Shown here in pieces: positions 25,518 through 39,985 of a DNA stretch of 64,000 nt; the stretch's first letter is position 1, and every line of letters begins with the position of its first letter. The notes beneath the pieces are model-generated. The model was not told the DNA's origin, ran no database searches, and saw only the letters and a list, made by a program, of their open reading frames with translations. The DNA lies in the NCBI RefSeq assembly GCF_009914755.1, contig NC_060946.1. One strand, 5' to 3'. The position numbers were made by a program, and so were the translations under genes. The DNA comes from the human T2T-CHM13v2.0 reference genome, Homo sapiens.

Positions 25518-25536
25518 CAGTGCCCCCTGGTGGCTG
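25518..25536 (-). promoter_or_regulatory. Candidate CTCF binding site
   Basis: The minus strand reads CAGCCACCAGGGGGCACTG, a close match to the CTCF core consensus. Confidence 0.6.
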
Positions 25537-25989
25537 CTGCCGCCTCTGCCGCCGGGGTCCCACCCTGGGTCTGGCCTGGGGTGGACACGGGCAGTGGACT
25601 CAAGGGATCCCAGGGCCCACCTGCAGGAGCTGAGGAGGCCGGGTCTGCATCCGCATGCCCGTGGGCCCGTCGTGGGCCCGTCGTGGGCCCGTGGCCACCC
25701 CTGCATCCTGTGTCCCACCCCAGGGCTGCAGCAGCTTCTCTGAGTCTCAGGCACAGATGGAGTTGGGCCCCAATAGATGGGCCTAGGGAAGGCTTCCTGG
25801 AGGAGGTGACGCCCAGCTGAGGCTGTGAGGCATTGATGGTGCTGGACAACCCCAGGTGAGGTGGGGGAGGACCTGGCTGCCTCTGATGGAGGAATCGGGA
25901 CCTGTCAGTCCAGAGGAGGGCTCAGCACCAGTGGAAAGGGAAGTGGTGGCTGAGAAAGGGGCAGGATCAGAAAGAGGGAGCCCAGGCTC

Positions 25990-26152
25990 TGAGCTGGACC
26001 CTCTTGTTACCACGTGACCTGGCAAGTTGTGTGACCACTCTGGGACTTGATAAGAAGATGCAGAGCCCCCTGGCTCTGCCACAGGGGCTGTGTGAAATAC
26101 ACAGCACCTTCCTGGGGATACTGCCAGGTGTACAGACAGCGCTCAATAAAGA
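25990..26152 (+). mobile_element. MIR fragment
   Basis: GTGACCTGGCAAGTT..TGCCAGGTGTACAGACAGCGCTCAATAAA. Confidence 0.55.
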
Positions 26153-26328
26153 GTGACCCTTGGAGCTGATGGACTTCATTCCTAATGAAGGAGCCACCGT
26201 GGTGGAGTTAGCAAGGCATGGGCAGCTTTTGCAGAGCAGCCCTGGTGCCACTGGGAGTGGGTTTTGGGAAGTCACAGGCTTAGCAGATGCAGAGGCCAGG
26301 AAGACGGACAAGGCCACGAGGCCTCAGG

Positions 26329-26461
26329 GGCAGGAGGCACAGGAGGGTCAGAATGAGGCAGCAGGGGCGGCAGGAGGCACAGGAGGGTCAGAATGAGGCA
26401 GCAGGGGCGGCAGGAGGCACAGGAGGGTCAGAATGAGGCAGCAGGGGTGGCAGGACCCACA
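26329..26461. repeat. 40-bp minisatellite, ~3.3 near-perfect copies
   Basis: CAGGAGGCAC recurs at 26331, 26371 and 26411, with a variant at 26451. Confidence 0.97.
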
Positions 26462-26599
26462 GCCCCTCTGGGGATTAGGCAGGAGGGAGGCGGGGTGATG
26501 TCCAGCGCTCGCTCCCAGGTGGTGGCTCCCGGGCACCAGCGGGTCTGTACCTACATCGAGGGGTTTTAAACTTCACTTTCTTTTTGAAAGTCTCTCTAT

Positions 26600-26810
26600 A
26601 GAGCATGAGTGGAAGTGCCTGTGAAACCCAACGCCTGGAATTCCGCTCCTGTGATGCCCACATCCCTGTTCTGGTTTGCCGACTGTCCAGCGGTGAAAGG
26701 TGAGATGTGAGCATCGGGGAAGCTGCCTGAGGGCTGCGGGGACTCTGCAAACTTTCTGTAAATCTAAAATTATTCCAAGAGAAAAAGCCTATTTAAAAAA
26801 AAAAAAAAAT
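26600..26810 (+). mobile_element. Old L1 extreme 3' end with A tail
   Basis: GCAAACTTTCTGTAAATCTAAAATTATTCCAA followed by poly-A. Confidence 0.7.
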
Positions 26811-28512
26811 CACCCACACTGACCCAGCAGCCTTCGGTGTGCCTGGGTGCACCTGTGCCTCCCCGGAGCACCCACAGCTGGGCCGGCCCCACCCCCCACA
26901 TGCCAAGACCCCTGTGGTTTCTCCTTCCATCCTCACTGCCAAGCCAGAACCCCGACCCTGCAGCGTCTCCCGCCCTCCACTCTTGCCTCTCCCTCTGCTC
27001 GGGGCCCCCGAAGCCCCTCTTTCTGCCCACCCCCGGCAGACTCGAACCCCTGCAGACGTGAGGCCAGGGCTGCTGTGAGCCCCTGTGAGGAGGAGCCCCG
27101 GGCACAGCCTGCACTGCCTGGGCCTGGCTCATCCCGCATCACTGCTCTCCCCGGCTCCAGCTCTGCACAGAGTATTTAATAAATGTTTAATAGCAACAAT
27201 AAAAGATCAACTTGGCACAACTGAAGATTTTTGTTCAGGGACTTGGGGCTGTGCTCTGGGTCAGAAATAAAATGCGTCCTGGCAGAGCGGCAGTGAGGCC
27301 AGGGCCAAGGGGGCCGTTTCAAGCGCCTTGTTAGCTCAGGGAAGGGACCGGGAATTGGAACGACCCCAACTGGCCCCTTCGTCCCTCCTGGAGCAGCGCT
27401 CCCTGCATAGCACCACGAGGACCCTGGCTCCGGGCAGCCCTGGGCTGGGGCAGAGCCGGCCCCTCCCTGACTCAGCTAGGGCCCCACATAGCAGGGGACG
27501 ATGATGTGACACAGCGGCAAGGCAGGGAGAGGAGGGCTCAGCCCTGTGTCCACCAGGACACCAGGCTCAGCAGAGGGGGCTGGGCGGGAGCACGCTGAGA
27601 GCACCGGCCTCTGTGCCGTCTGGGGTCTCCCCTGGCTTCTGGGGAGCAGGGAGTTGCTGGGCCTGGTGAGCTTTGGGTCCAGAGAGGGCTCAGGTCCTGG
27701 GCACCCCTGCAAGGTGGGCTGAGGTGGGACTCTGAAGGCAGCCCTCAGACCAGGAGGTAGCTGAGGGTGCCAGGGCCCTGTGGCCCCCAAGGGTGCAGCC
27801 TACACCAGACCTGGGACTGTGTCTTGACATCTGGCCCCCAGAAGCCCCAGGGAAGGGGCAGGAGGGGAGGTCACGTGCCATCTGAGGCTGAGGGTGAAGA
27901 TGGGGAGGGGAGGAGGCCCCCAGGGGACAGACCTGCCACCCACCCGATGAGCAAGAGGAAACCCCAGACAAGAGGCATGAAAGAAACACACCAGCCACAG
28001 TGGGAAGAGAAAACAAAACCAGACAGGGCTCCTGAGGGCAGTGAGGGGGCACCTGGAAAGAACCTTCTCAGGGGAAATGACTTTCAAAGTCAACACATAT
28101 CAAAATGAAAACTCTGTGTGTAAAGGTGAGGACGTGCCGGGCCTGGCTGTGCACACCTGGAGGCAGAGGCCGACGAAGCAGGAGTCACAGGAGTGGCGTG
28201 GAAGAGGACGGACGTGGAAGAGGATGGACGTGGAAGGGAAGACAGGGAGCTCAAGCATCGCGGCCACCGGATCCCCCAAGGAGAAGGCGGAAGAGAGGCA
28301 GCCACAGAATCGGTAGCAGAAGCTGATACTTGGAGCTGCAGCGGGCAAGGCGCAGAAGGTCTCAGGACAGCCCTGGATGCTGAGGGGCTGGGGAGGGGCG
28401 GGTCTTACGCTTTCCCCCAGGAATTCCTAAATAATATGGGTATAACGAGGAGTGCACACTTTGGGATGGGGAAAAAAAAAAAACACAGGTAAGGGGGGCA
28501 GAAAGGAAAAAT

Positions 28513-28820
<308 letters not shown>

Positions 28821-29129
28821 AATCACACATTTGCCACCCTTCTCATGGTCCGCAGCAGAAGTCAGAGGCCATAAGGGAACGAGTCCCACCCGCGGGGAGA
28901 CGGGGACCATGTCCAGGAACCGGAAATCCAGCCCCAGAGCCCCACATCAGCACAAAAGGCAGCATTCACAGATAAGCAAGTTTCAGAGCAGGGACCACCT
29001 GCTCACCTCATCGGAAGAAAATGCTGAAGAAAGGGCAAGAAGCACTGTCTCCTCCCCACAGAGGCACAGAATCCAGTTCATTTCTCGCCTGTCTTTCCCG
29101 AAGCACACACAAAGTCACGTGCATATATA

Positions 29130-29460
29130 AAGCCAGGTGCCCCCTTTTCACAAATGAAAAACAACAGTGACATATTACATACAATATGCTGTGCTTTGCT
29201 CTTTTTACTTAACATTCAACACAAAGACATTTATATAGCAGTGTATGAAAAGCTTTCTAGCTATGTTCTACAGCTGTGTGGAGTTCAGTAGCTTGAAAGC
29301 ACCATAATTTATATAATCAGTCCCCTATTGGTGGACATTTGGGTTGTTTCTAGTAATTAACTTTTACTAATCATGCTGCAGTGAACATCCTTTTTTCTAT
29401 GTTATTTCTTATATGTGAGTAGATCTGTAAGCTAAATAAATACAAATGCAATTGCTCACC
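29130..29460 (-). mobile_element. L1ME-like 3' fragment
   Basis: CAGTCCCCTATTGGTGGACATTTGGGTTGTTTC..ATGCTGCAGTGAACATCC. Confidence 0.75.
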
Positions 29461-30041
29461 AAAATGGAAATTATCATAATGATCTAGATAGAAGATATGT
29501 TAAACAAACTCAGCAACATCTAGAAGGTTGAGGGCAGGAGGAAGGAAGAAGTAAAAAAGTGTCTGAAAGGTCTCATTAGTGGGAGGAGGAGAGTCGTGGA
29601 GGGAAACACAAGCACGTAAATGTCCCACCCCACAGGGACAAGGGGACAAGGACATACTGGAGAGGCGAAAGTTAGCAACGTGCTTCCAATCAATAGCAAA
29701 AAACAATAACAAAATCCCCTGAAAGGGAACAGAAATTCTAAGGGAAGAAATGGCAATTGAGTTTTCAAGTAAAAATGTAACTATTGGGAAAATTATAGTA
29801 GACAGACAATAATTTGATCAAACCTGCAAAAACAAGTCAGTAAAATGAATAATAAGGGTAACAAATGCAGAAAACAATAGAATCAAAGATGTCAGTCATC
29901 GCAGTAATGCGAATGGACAGTCTTCTCCTGGGACCGAGCACGACTCGCAGTTTTGATGAGAAGCTACATGGAGCACTGGAGACACAGAAGCAAAGCAAGC
30001 TTATGAGAAAGTGCAGAAAACAAAGGAAGGGAACGGGCTTA

Positions 30042-30352
<311 letters not shown>

Positions 30353-30460
30353 CGGAAGGAAGGAAGGAAGGGGAAAAAAAAGAAAGAAAGAAAGAGAAAG
30401 AAAGGAAAGGAAAGAGAGAGAAGGGAGGGAAGGGAGGGAAGGGAAGGAAGGGAGGAAAAA
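30353..30460. repeat. Polypurine (GGAA/GAAA) tract
   Basis: Pure G/A run. Confidence 0.95.
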
Positions 30461-32067
30461 TGAAACACTGGTAAATTAGAAATAAACAGAACATATTTAA
30501 TATGCAAAACTTACTAAACAAAAGCTATAAGAGAGCAAGACGGTGCATAATACTAGAAGGTCCGTGTCATGATGAGGTGATGACCTCCACACTCTGCATC
30601 CAAAGCTCCGCTGTTGGCACCATGATGACCAACGAAGGGTCCAGACTTGCACGGCCTCTCTGTGGACCAGCTCCAGCAGGAGCAGAGTCTCCCTGGAAGC
30701 CGGGGAGTCACCCTGCCTGAACCTCTTTGTCTGCGTCCCTCTAACAGCGGCAGTTCCCCGCCATGGGCTTCTATAAGGATCCCACGAGCCACTCTGTAAG
30801 GCACATAGCGCAGGACACTTGTGAGCTATGAGAAATGCAAGGGGCCTTTCTAAAACTCCTATTGCAGGGAGACTTCCCTGTACCCACTTTATTGTCCTGC
30901 TGATCTGGTGCATGATGAAAACGACAGTAATAGAGACACAGATAAGTCTCATTAAACAACCTCTAACCTTGATCAAATAGATTTAGGAGACAGGAACAGG
31001 CTTCACACTAACACGCTAAGTGGTTTGCACCTTAACATCCTTCAAAAAGAAACAGCAAGTCTATTTGCAAAAACTATCGACAAAAATTGGTTATGTGCTT
31101 GCCTGCGAATAAAATCTTTTAAAACAATTAAAAATCAGACTTGAAACTTTGCTGGTCATGTTATCTGATCACAAAACAACAAAAGTAGAAATAATAATGA
31201 GATGACTGAAGCGTCTGACAAATCAGAAATTCACTTTATAAATCATCCTTGGATCACAGAGTTAATAAAGAAACAATTGATAAAGTATCTGGAAAGCTTT
31301 GAAAAGGAGAGTATTTTGTGTCCAAATGAATTGCATACGGAAAAAGCTCTATTAAAGAAAATGCATTAATTTAAGGTGGCTTCATTATTTTAGAAAGAAA
31401 ACAAAGATAAAGGAATTTAGTACTCTGCTAAACATTAGGAAAATGACAAAATGAATTCAAAAACATTAGAAGGAATGAATTTAATAAACATGAAAGCTGA
31501 AAACAATAAAATTGAAAGCAAAATAAGTAGAAAGCATGGTTTATTTCAAATTTGATTCTTTGAAGTTAAACCTTTGTAAGTTAATTATGGGGAGGGGAGA
31601 ATGAGGAATGAGAATGGGAAACAATTACATATAAGGGAAAACTAAAGATAATTATAAGCTAATTATATATCTAACTATGGCAACATATTTGGTATTTAGA
31701 ATGAAAGGACATTTCTTAGAAGTATTTTTTTAAGTTTAAAAAATATATCATAAAAGAAGTGAAAAACTTGAATAGGTCATTCCCATAAGAAATATTAGAA
31801 ATCTGATTCAAGATCTACCACTAGAAAAAAAAATCACCATAATTCGGTGCATTCAGACTGAATTTTATCTTTTATGTTAAGGTAAAAACAAGTTAATCTG
31901 TCACTTAAAATATTCCAGAACATAGAAAGTTTTTTATAAAAACAGCTCTCTTTTGAATATTATATAGTTAGTATAGCTTTAGAAGCAAAATTGAATAAAG
32001 ACAAAAAAATGATTAAAACTACCAATACTTACGAGTTTAAATGTAAAACTCTATTTGAAATGTATGT

Positions 32068-33045
<978 letters not shown>

Positions 33046-33129
33046 AGGAAAAGTTCTTGTTCCACCCTCAATGTTGGCTTTTCATTCCTGTGTATTCGGG
33101 GTGAGGGGTGGGGGCTGTATTGCTTGCCT

Positions 33130-34908
33130 TGCAAGAGAGAGCAATTAGGAGACAAGCAATCCAGCCCCCACCTTCACCCTGAATACACAGGAATGCTAGA
33201 AGTATTCGAAACCTGAGTTTACTTAGGGTAACCACAGCAATGACATAGCTGAACCCCAACTCAACTGAACTCATGACTAAATGGACTCAAACATGACACT
33301 AAAAACTTAGCAAAATAAGAGGCAGACCGTCTCCTAATGTATCATTCACTCAGTCCTCTTCTATACTACACAAAACTTCTGCCTTTCAACAAAAAGGTGA
33401 GACAGATGAAAAGCCATGAAGAATAAATATACACACCGTCAAAAAACAAGGAAATCAGCAGAACTGAGATGATCCAGAAGATAGAACTATTGGACACAAA
33501 GTGTAAATAAACAAGGATCAGTATGTTAAAGGCTTTAGCAGAAAAGGTGAAAAACATGTATGAGCAAATGTTTGATTTTTGCAGAGACACAAATACCGTA
33601 AGAAAGAATTTACTGTAAATCTAAAAATGAAAACACATACCAGAGAGAAGGGATGTCTTTGAGAGGTTAATTGGTAAATTCAAAAAAGTCCAGGAAACAA
33701 TTAGTGAACTTGGAGATAGGTCAGTAGAAATTATTCAAATTAAAATCAAGAGTAATAAAACCAAAACAGAGCATTCAAGAACTCTGGAACAATATCAAAT
33801 GAAGTATTATTACAATAACATACACATAATTGGAATCCCAGAAAGAGAAGAGAAAATAACAACATAGAAGAAATATTTGAAGGCATGATGGATAAAAATT
33901 TTGCAAAATTAATAAAAGACACAACCACAAATCCAAAAAGCTCGCCAAACTTTAAGAAGGATAAATACTCAAATAAAAAATGTACATATCTAAACACCTC
34001 ATATTCAAACTTTCAGAACCAAATATAAACTTTTGAAGCCAGCCAGAAAGAAGAAAAAGATACACTCTATACAGAGAAACAAATATAAGAGTTTCAACAG
34101 ATTTCTTATCAGAAAATATGGGCCACAAGAAAATTGAATAGCATCTCAAAATTCAACAGGAAAAAAAAACACAACCAAATTCTATATCCAGTAAATTTAC
34201 CTTTGAAAAATGAAGAAATACGTATTTCCCAGAATAAAAGAAAAGCTGAGAGAATTGCTAACAAACCTACACTACAAGAAATGTTAAAGGAATGTCTTCA
34301 AGCAGAATCAATATGTTATTAGGCAGATACTTCTATACAAAGAAATGAAAGTGCTGGAAGTGACAATAATGAAAATAAATATAAATTTCTTCTTTTAATC
34401 ACTCTAAAAAACAATTTACTCTCTAAAACACAAATAGTAGTAATTTATTGTTTATTCATGTAAAAGTGAAATGTATGGCCACCATAGCAGAAAGAAATGA
34501 GAAGAGCAAATCTGGATATACACAGTAAGGTTCTTAACTACATGTGAAGAGGTATAATTTTATTTGAAGGTGGACTGTGGTTAACTAAAGACATATATTG
34601 TAAATAATACAATCACTAATGTTGTCTATAGATATAAATACTAAGCCAATAGTAGAGTTAAAATTTTATAATAAAAACAGTCTCTCAAGAGAAGGCAGAA
34701 AAAATTTTAAAAAGAATAACCAAAGATGAAACAAGTAAAAAGCAACTAACAAAGCTGTTGATTTAATACCATGATAGGAATACATGTATTAAATATAAGC
34801 AATGCAGACATACCAATTAAAAGACAGAGACTGTCAAGTTGGATCAGAAAGCATGATACAATTCTATGTTTCTTACAACAAAAAATAAAATTTGAAAACA
34901 TAGATAGA
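33130..34908 (+). mobile_element. Old L1 ORF1 through the start of ORF2
   Basis: Translation NQILYPVNL..KNE..IANKPTLQEMLKECLQAE matches the L1 ORF1p C-terminus. CCAATTAAAAGACAGAGACTGTCA marks the ORF2 start region. Confidence 0.85.
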
Positions 34909-34909
34909 T

Positions 34910-36190
34910 CTCAATATGCCTTTTCCTGATGATCAATGATATGAAATGTCTTTCTGAGTGCCTATTGGCCTTTTGTATGCCTTCCTTCGTGAAATGTGTG
35001 CTCAGATCCTTAACTAATGTCTATTCCACTGTCTTCTGGCCATCAGTGTTTTCTATTAAATAATCAATTCTACTATTTCTGCTTTTTGTAAATTATTACG
35101 TCTTTTCTGAATACCATTAATGTTTTGTTTCTTTGTATGGTGTGTCTGACGGTGTACTGAATTTTACTATGATGTGTCTAGGTGGATTTTTTTCATTTAT
35201 TGTATCTTTTTGTGGCTTCATATAATTTCTTAAATTTTGGGCTTTATTTCTTTTATGGCTTTGGAGTATTCTTAGCCTATATGTCATCAAAGAATCTGTC
35301 CAAATATTTTCTCTTCTGTCCTTCTGAAAAACCAGTTATGCATAAATAAGACTTTTCATTGTTCCCCACGTCTCTTTCTTTCTATTAATTTTACATCATT
35401 TTTACTCTGTGATTTAATCTCAAGGTTTTAAAAATTTTTAAAACTCAAAGCTATGTTGAGTCTATTAATTTTTTCCGTATTGTTTAATATACTATTAAAC
35501 TACTGAATTCTTAGTTTTCTTTTTTTTTATTTCTCAGTAGTAGAATTTTCATTTTGTTCTTATCCATTTCAGTACTCTGGTAAAATTATTTTAATCTAAG
35601 AAACTTTAAATATCTAAACCTTTTAATCTAAGAAAACTTAAATATATGAATCCCGGTTGTTAAGTATAAACTCAGTAACTCCAGTATCTTCACCATCCCA
35701 TACACGTGCTCCTGTGTCTTCACTGAGATTTTGCTCACCTGGTGTTAGTTTCTTGATGCTTGAACATTTTTTATTGAATTCTACTCATTGTGTATAAAAT
35801 TTACAGAGACTATGTTATCTTATTATTATTTCAGTTTCACTTTATTTTTAATCTAGCAGATCTATAAGAATTATTTTTCATCTAGCAGTTAGATAGAGCA
35901 CAGGAAAATGCCCCTGATTCAGTTACCTGAAACAGGTTGGTTCGTTTTCAGTTGGCCCTTATCCTAGATGGGCAGCCTCTTTAGAGAGTCTTCAATAAAA
36001 GCTTGAGACATTTGCCAGATCATTTCCTGCTTGGTGGGCTCTGAAGAGAAGGACAGCATAGACTTTAGCTTGTTAGCCATTGTTTTCTGCTTGCTTTATT
36101 ACTGTGTCACCGCACACATACACAGCTTAGAATTCAGAAAATGAATGAAAGGAAGAAAATGTATACAGAACGTTTGACTGTCTTCCTTGT
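34910..36190 (-). mobile_element. Old L1/HAL1-like fragments, antisense
   Basis: TTCCACTGTCTTCTGGC..TTTTACTATGATGTGTCTAGGTG, T-rich. Confidence 0.65.
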
Positions 36191-36194
36191 TCCA

Positions 36195-36363
36195 TTTTTT
36201 GTTTTGTTTTGTATGTTTGAAATAGGTTCTTACTCCATTGCCCAGGCTAGAGTGCAGTGGTGCAATCCTGGCTCACTACAGCCTCAACCTCCGGGGCTCA
36301 AGTGATCTTTCCACCTCAGCCTCCTGAGTAGCAGAAACTGCAGGTAGGTGCCATCATGCCCAG
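36195..36363 (-). mobile_element. AluJ right arm / FRAM
   Basis: Monomer with CAGCCTCAACCTCC..GCTCAAGTGATC. Confidence 0.9.
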
Positions 36364-36459
36364 TCCTTGTTCCATTTATCTGGGTCTCAATCTTTTCGAT
36401 TCCTAACTGCCTAAAAGCCAAGGCAATTATTGTTCCAAATGTTAATATTAAACCATTTT

Positions 36460-39400
36460 CACTTTTTAACAACATTATTGAGATATAACTAAAATATCAT
36501 AAAATCCACCATTGTGCAAGTCAGTGGTTTTGTGTTTTCAGAATTGTGCGCTCATCACAATCAATTTTAGAACACTTTCATCACCCAAAAAGAAACACCA
36601 TACCCGTTAACAATTATGCCTCCTGTCTACTCAAACCTTTCTCCACAACAGTAAACAACCATGAAAATCTACTTTCTGTCACTATGGATTTGCATACTCT
36701 GGATTTGCATATTCATGGAAACATACAACATGTGGTCTTTTGTAATTGGCTTCTTTCACTTAAAGTAATGTTTTCAAGGTTCACCCATGATGTAGCATGT
36801 ATCAGTACTTCATTGTTTTATTGCCAAATAACAGTTCAGTCTATGGATATGCCACATTTTATTTATTCATTCATCACTTGGTGGGCATTTGGGTTGTCTC
36901 CACTTTGGGGCTATTATGAATAATGCTGCCATGAACATTTGTGTGCAAGTTTTTGCATAGACTTTTTTTTTTGTTTGTGTGTTTTTGTTTTGTTTTGTTT
37001 GCTTTGGGGTAAATACCTTAGCGTGGAATTGCTGGGGTACTATGCTTAACCTTTTGAGAAACTGCCCACCTGTTTTCCAAAGCAGTTGCACTATTTTAAA
37101 CTTCCACCAGCACTATGAGGGTTCTAATTTCTCGACATCCTTGGCTTATCTGTCTTTCTGATTACAACAATCATAATGATTGTGAGGTGGTATCTCATAG
37201 AGGGTTTGCTTTACACTTTTCTTGTGGCTAGCAATGTGAGCATCTTTTTATGTGTACATCGGCCATTGATATACCTTCATTTGAATGAATGTCTATTTAT
37301 ATCCTTTTCCCAGTTTTAATTGAATTATGTCTCTGTTTAATTATTGAATTCTGTATTCTTTATATATTCTAGACACAAGTCCCTTCTCAGAGATATGACT
37401 GGAAAACATTTTCTCCCATTGTGTACGTGTCTTTTCACTTACTTGGTGACATCCTTTAGAGCACAGTTTTAAATTGTGATGAAGTTCAATTAATTTTTGT
37501 TTTGTTTTGTGCTTGTGCCTTAGGTGTCATATCTAAAAACATCCTTGGTCAGAGAAATTTACATCTATGCTTTCTCCTAAGAGGTTTAGAATTTTTGCTC
37601 TTGTATTTTGTTTTATTATATTTTAGCTAATTTTAATATGATGGGAGGTTTGTATTCAAATTTATTTTTTCCATGTGGATATACAGTTGACAGCGCCATC
37701 TATTGAAAAGATTATTCTTTTTCGCCATTGAACTATCTTGGCACTGTTGTTGAAAATCATTCGATCACCAATATCAGTGGCTATTTTTAGGCTCTTATTT
37801 TGTTCCATTGATCTTTATATCTATCTTATGCCAATACCAAGCAGAAGTGATTACCGGAGGTTTGTAGTAAGTTTTGAAATTGCAAAGTGTGTGTCCTTTA
37901 ACTTTATTCTTTTTCAAAATAGTTTTGGTTATTCTGGGTACTTTGAGTAGCCATACAAATTTTAGGATGAGTTTGTCATTTCTGCAAAAAATTCAGCTGG
38001 GATTTTTGAAGCAATTGCATTGAATCTTTAGATCAAATTGAAAGGAATCGCCATCATAAAAGGAGTAAATCTTCTGATCCATGAACATATGGAATCTTTC
38101 CATTTATTTAGGTGAAAAATTACTTTCAACATGTCTTTTTATTTTTCCTGGGTATAAGCTGGGTATTTCTTTTTTTTAAATTTATTTGTAAGTATTTTAT
38201 TTTTGATGCTGTTGTAAATGAAATAATTACTTAATTTCATTTTTGGATTGTTCATTACAAGTATATAGAAATTTAACTGAGTTTTGTATATTGATCTTGT
38301 ACCCTGCAATCTTGCTAAGCTCATTTCTTAATTTGAATAGTTTTTTAATGGATTCCTTAGAATTTTCTCTATACAAAATAATGTCATCTGCACATAGAAA
38401 TAGTATTCTTTTAACTTTCCAATCTGGATGCCTTTTATTTCATTTTTATTGTCTTATTTTCCTGGCTAGAATTCCAGGACAATATTAAATAGAAATGGTG
38501 AGAGTAGACGTGCTTGTCTTGTTCCTGATCTTAGGGTGAACACGTTCAGTTTCTCGCCATTAAGTATGATGTTAGCTGTGATTTCTTTGTAGAAGCACTT
38601 TATCAGATTGAGGAAGTTCTCTGCTATTATGACTTTGTGGCATGTTTTAACCATGCAGGGGTATTGAATTCTGTTAACTCAATCTGATAAATGGATGCCT
38701 TTTCCTGCGTCTATTGAGGTGATTGTGTGAATTTTTTTCTTTTTTTTTTTATTGACACGACACATTATTGCATTAATTGGTTTTTAAATGTTAAACCAAC
38801 TGTGAATTGCTGGGACAAATAATGCTAGGTCTTGTCATAAAATCCTTTTTTATATATTGCTGGATTTTTCTTGATAGTATTTTATTGTGGAGTTTTATAT
38901 CTATATTCACAAAAGATGTTGCTCCGTAGTTTTCTTGTGATGTCTGGTTTTGGTATCAGGGTAATACTGGCCTCAAAACAATTCGGGAAGTATCTTCTCA
39001 CCTATTTTGTGGAAGGGTTTGTGAAGAATTGCCATTAATTTTTCTTAAAGTGTTTGGTAGAATTCACCAGTGAAACCATCTGGGTCTAGGCTTTTCTGTG
39101 TAGATAGTTTTTAGATTACTAACACAATTTCTTCACTTGTTATAGGTCTATTCATATTTTCTTTTCTTTCTTCTTAAGTCATTCAGGAGTTTGTGTCTTG
39201 CTCTAAATTTTTCCAGTTCAACTAACTTTACTCATTTGTTGACATACTGTGTTTGTAGTATTCCATTATACTCCTTTTTATTTCTGTAGGGTTAGCAGTG
39301 ATGTCCCTTCTTTCAGTCCTAATTTTAGTAATTTGAGTCTTCTTTCTTTTTTGCTTCATCAATTTAACAAACGATTAGTCAATTCTGTTGCTTTTTTCAA

Positions 39401-39985
39401 AGAACCAACTTTTGGTTTCATTAATTTTCTCGATTTTTCTATTCTCCGTTTCATTACTTTCCGCTCTAATCTTCATTGTTTCCTTCTTTCTGCTTGCACT
39501 GGAGTAATCTGCTCTTCTTTTTCCAGTGTTTTAAAGGGGGGAGTTTACTTTATTGAGGTAAGATTTTTCTTTCCCTTGTTTTAATGCAGGCTTTCACAGC
39601 CATGGATTTCCCTCTAAGCACTGCTTTTGCAGCTCCCATGAGTCTGGAATCTGCACATGCCTTTCCATTCATCTCCACATCTAATTTCCTTTGTGATTTC
39701 TTCTTTGATTCACTGGTTATTTTGAGTGTGTAAATATTTTTCACACATGTATGGATTTCCCCAATATCTTCTGTTATTGTTTTCTAATTCCACTCCATTA
39801 TGGTAAGAGAAAATACTTTGTATAGTGCTCATCATCTTACATAGCTTATCTTAATGGCCTGGTACATAGTCCATCCTGCTGGTCATTCCATGTGCACATG
39901 AGAATAACGTCTCTTCTAATGTCATTGGGTGGAGGTTTTCCTAAAGGTCTGGTAGGTCTAGTGGTTTGCAGTGTTTTTCAGCTGC
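36460..39985 (-). mobile_element. L1MB-like element, 3'UTR plus most of ORF2 (decayed)
   Basis: 3' end TTATTGAGATATAA. Minus-strand peptides ANIILNGEKLNVFTLRSGTRQARLLSPFLFNIVLE and AAKAVLRGK match L1 ORF2p (RT region). Confidence 0.93.

Noticed and set aside
25655-25695. Short CGTGGGCCCGT repeat
   Set aside because: About three copies of an 11-mer, consistent with ordinary slippage.
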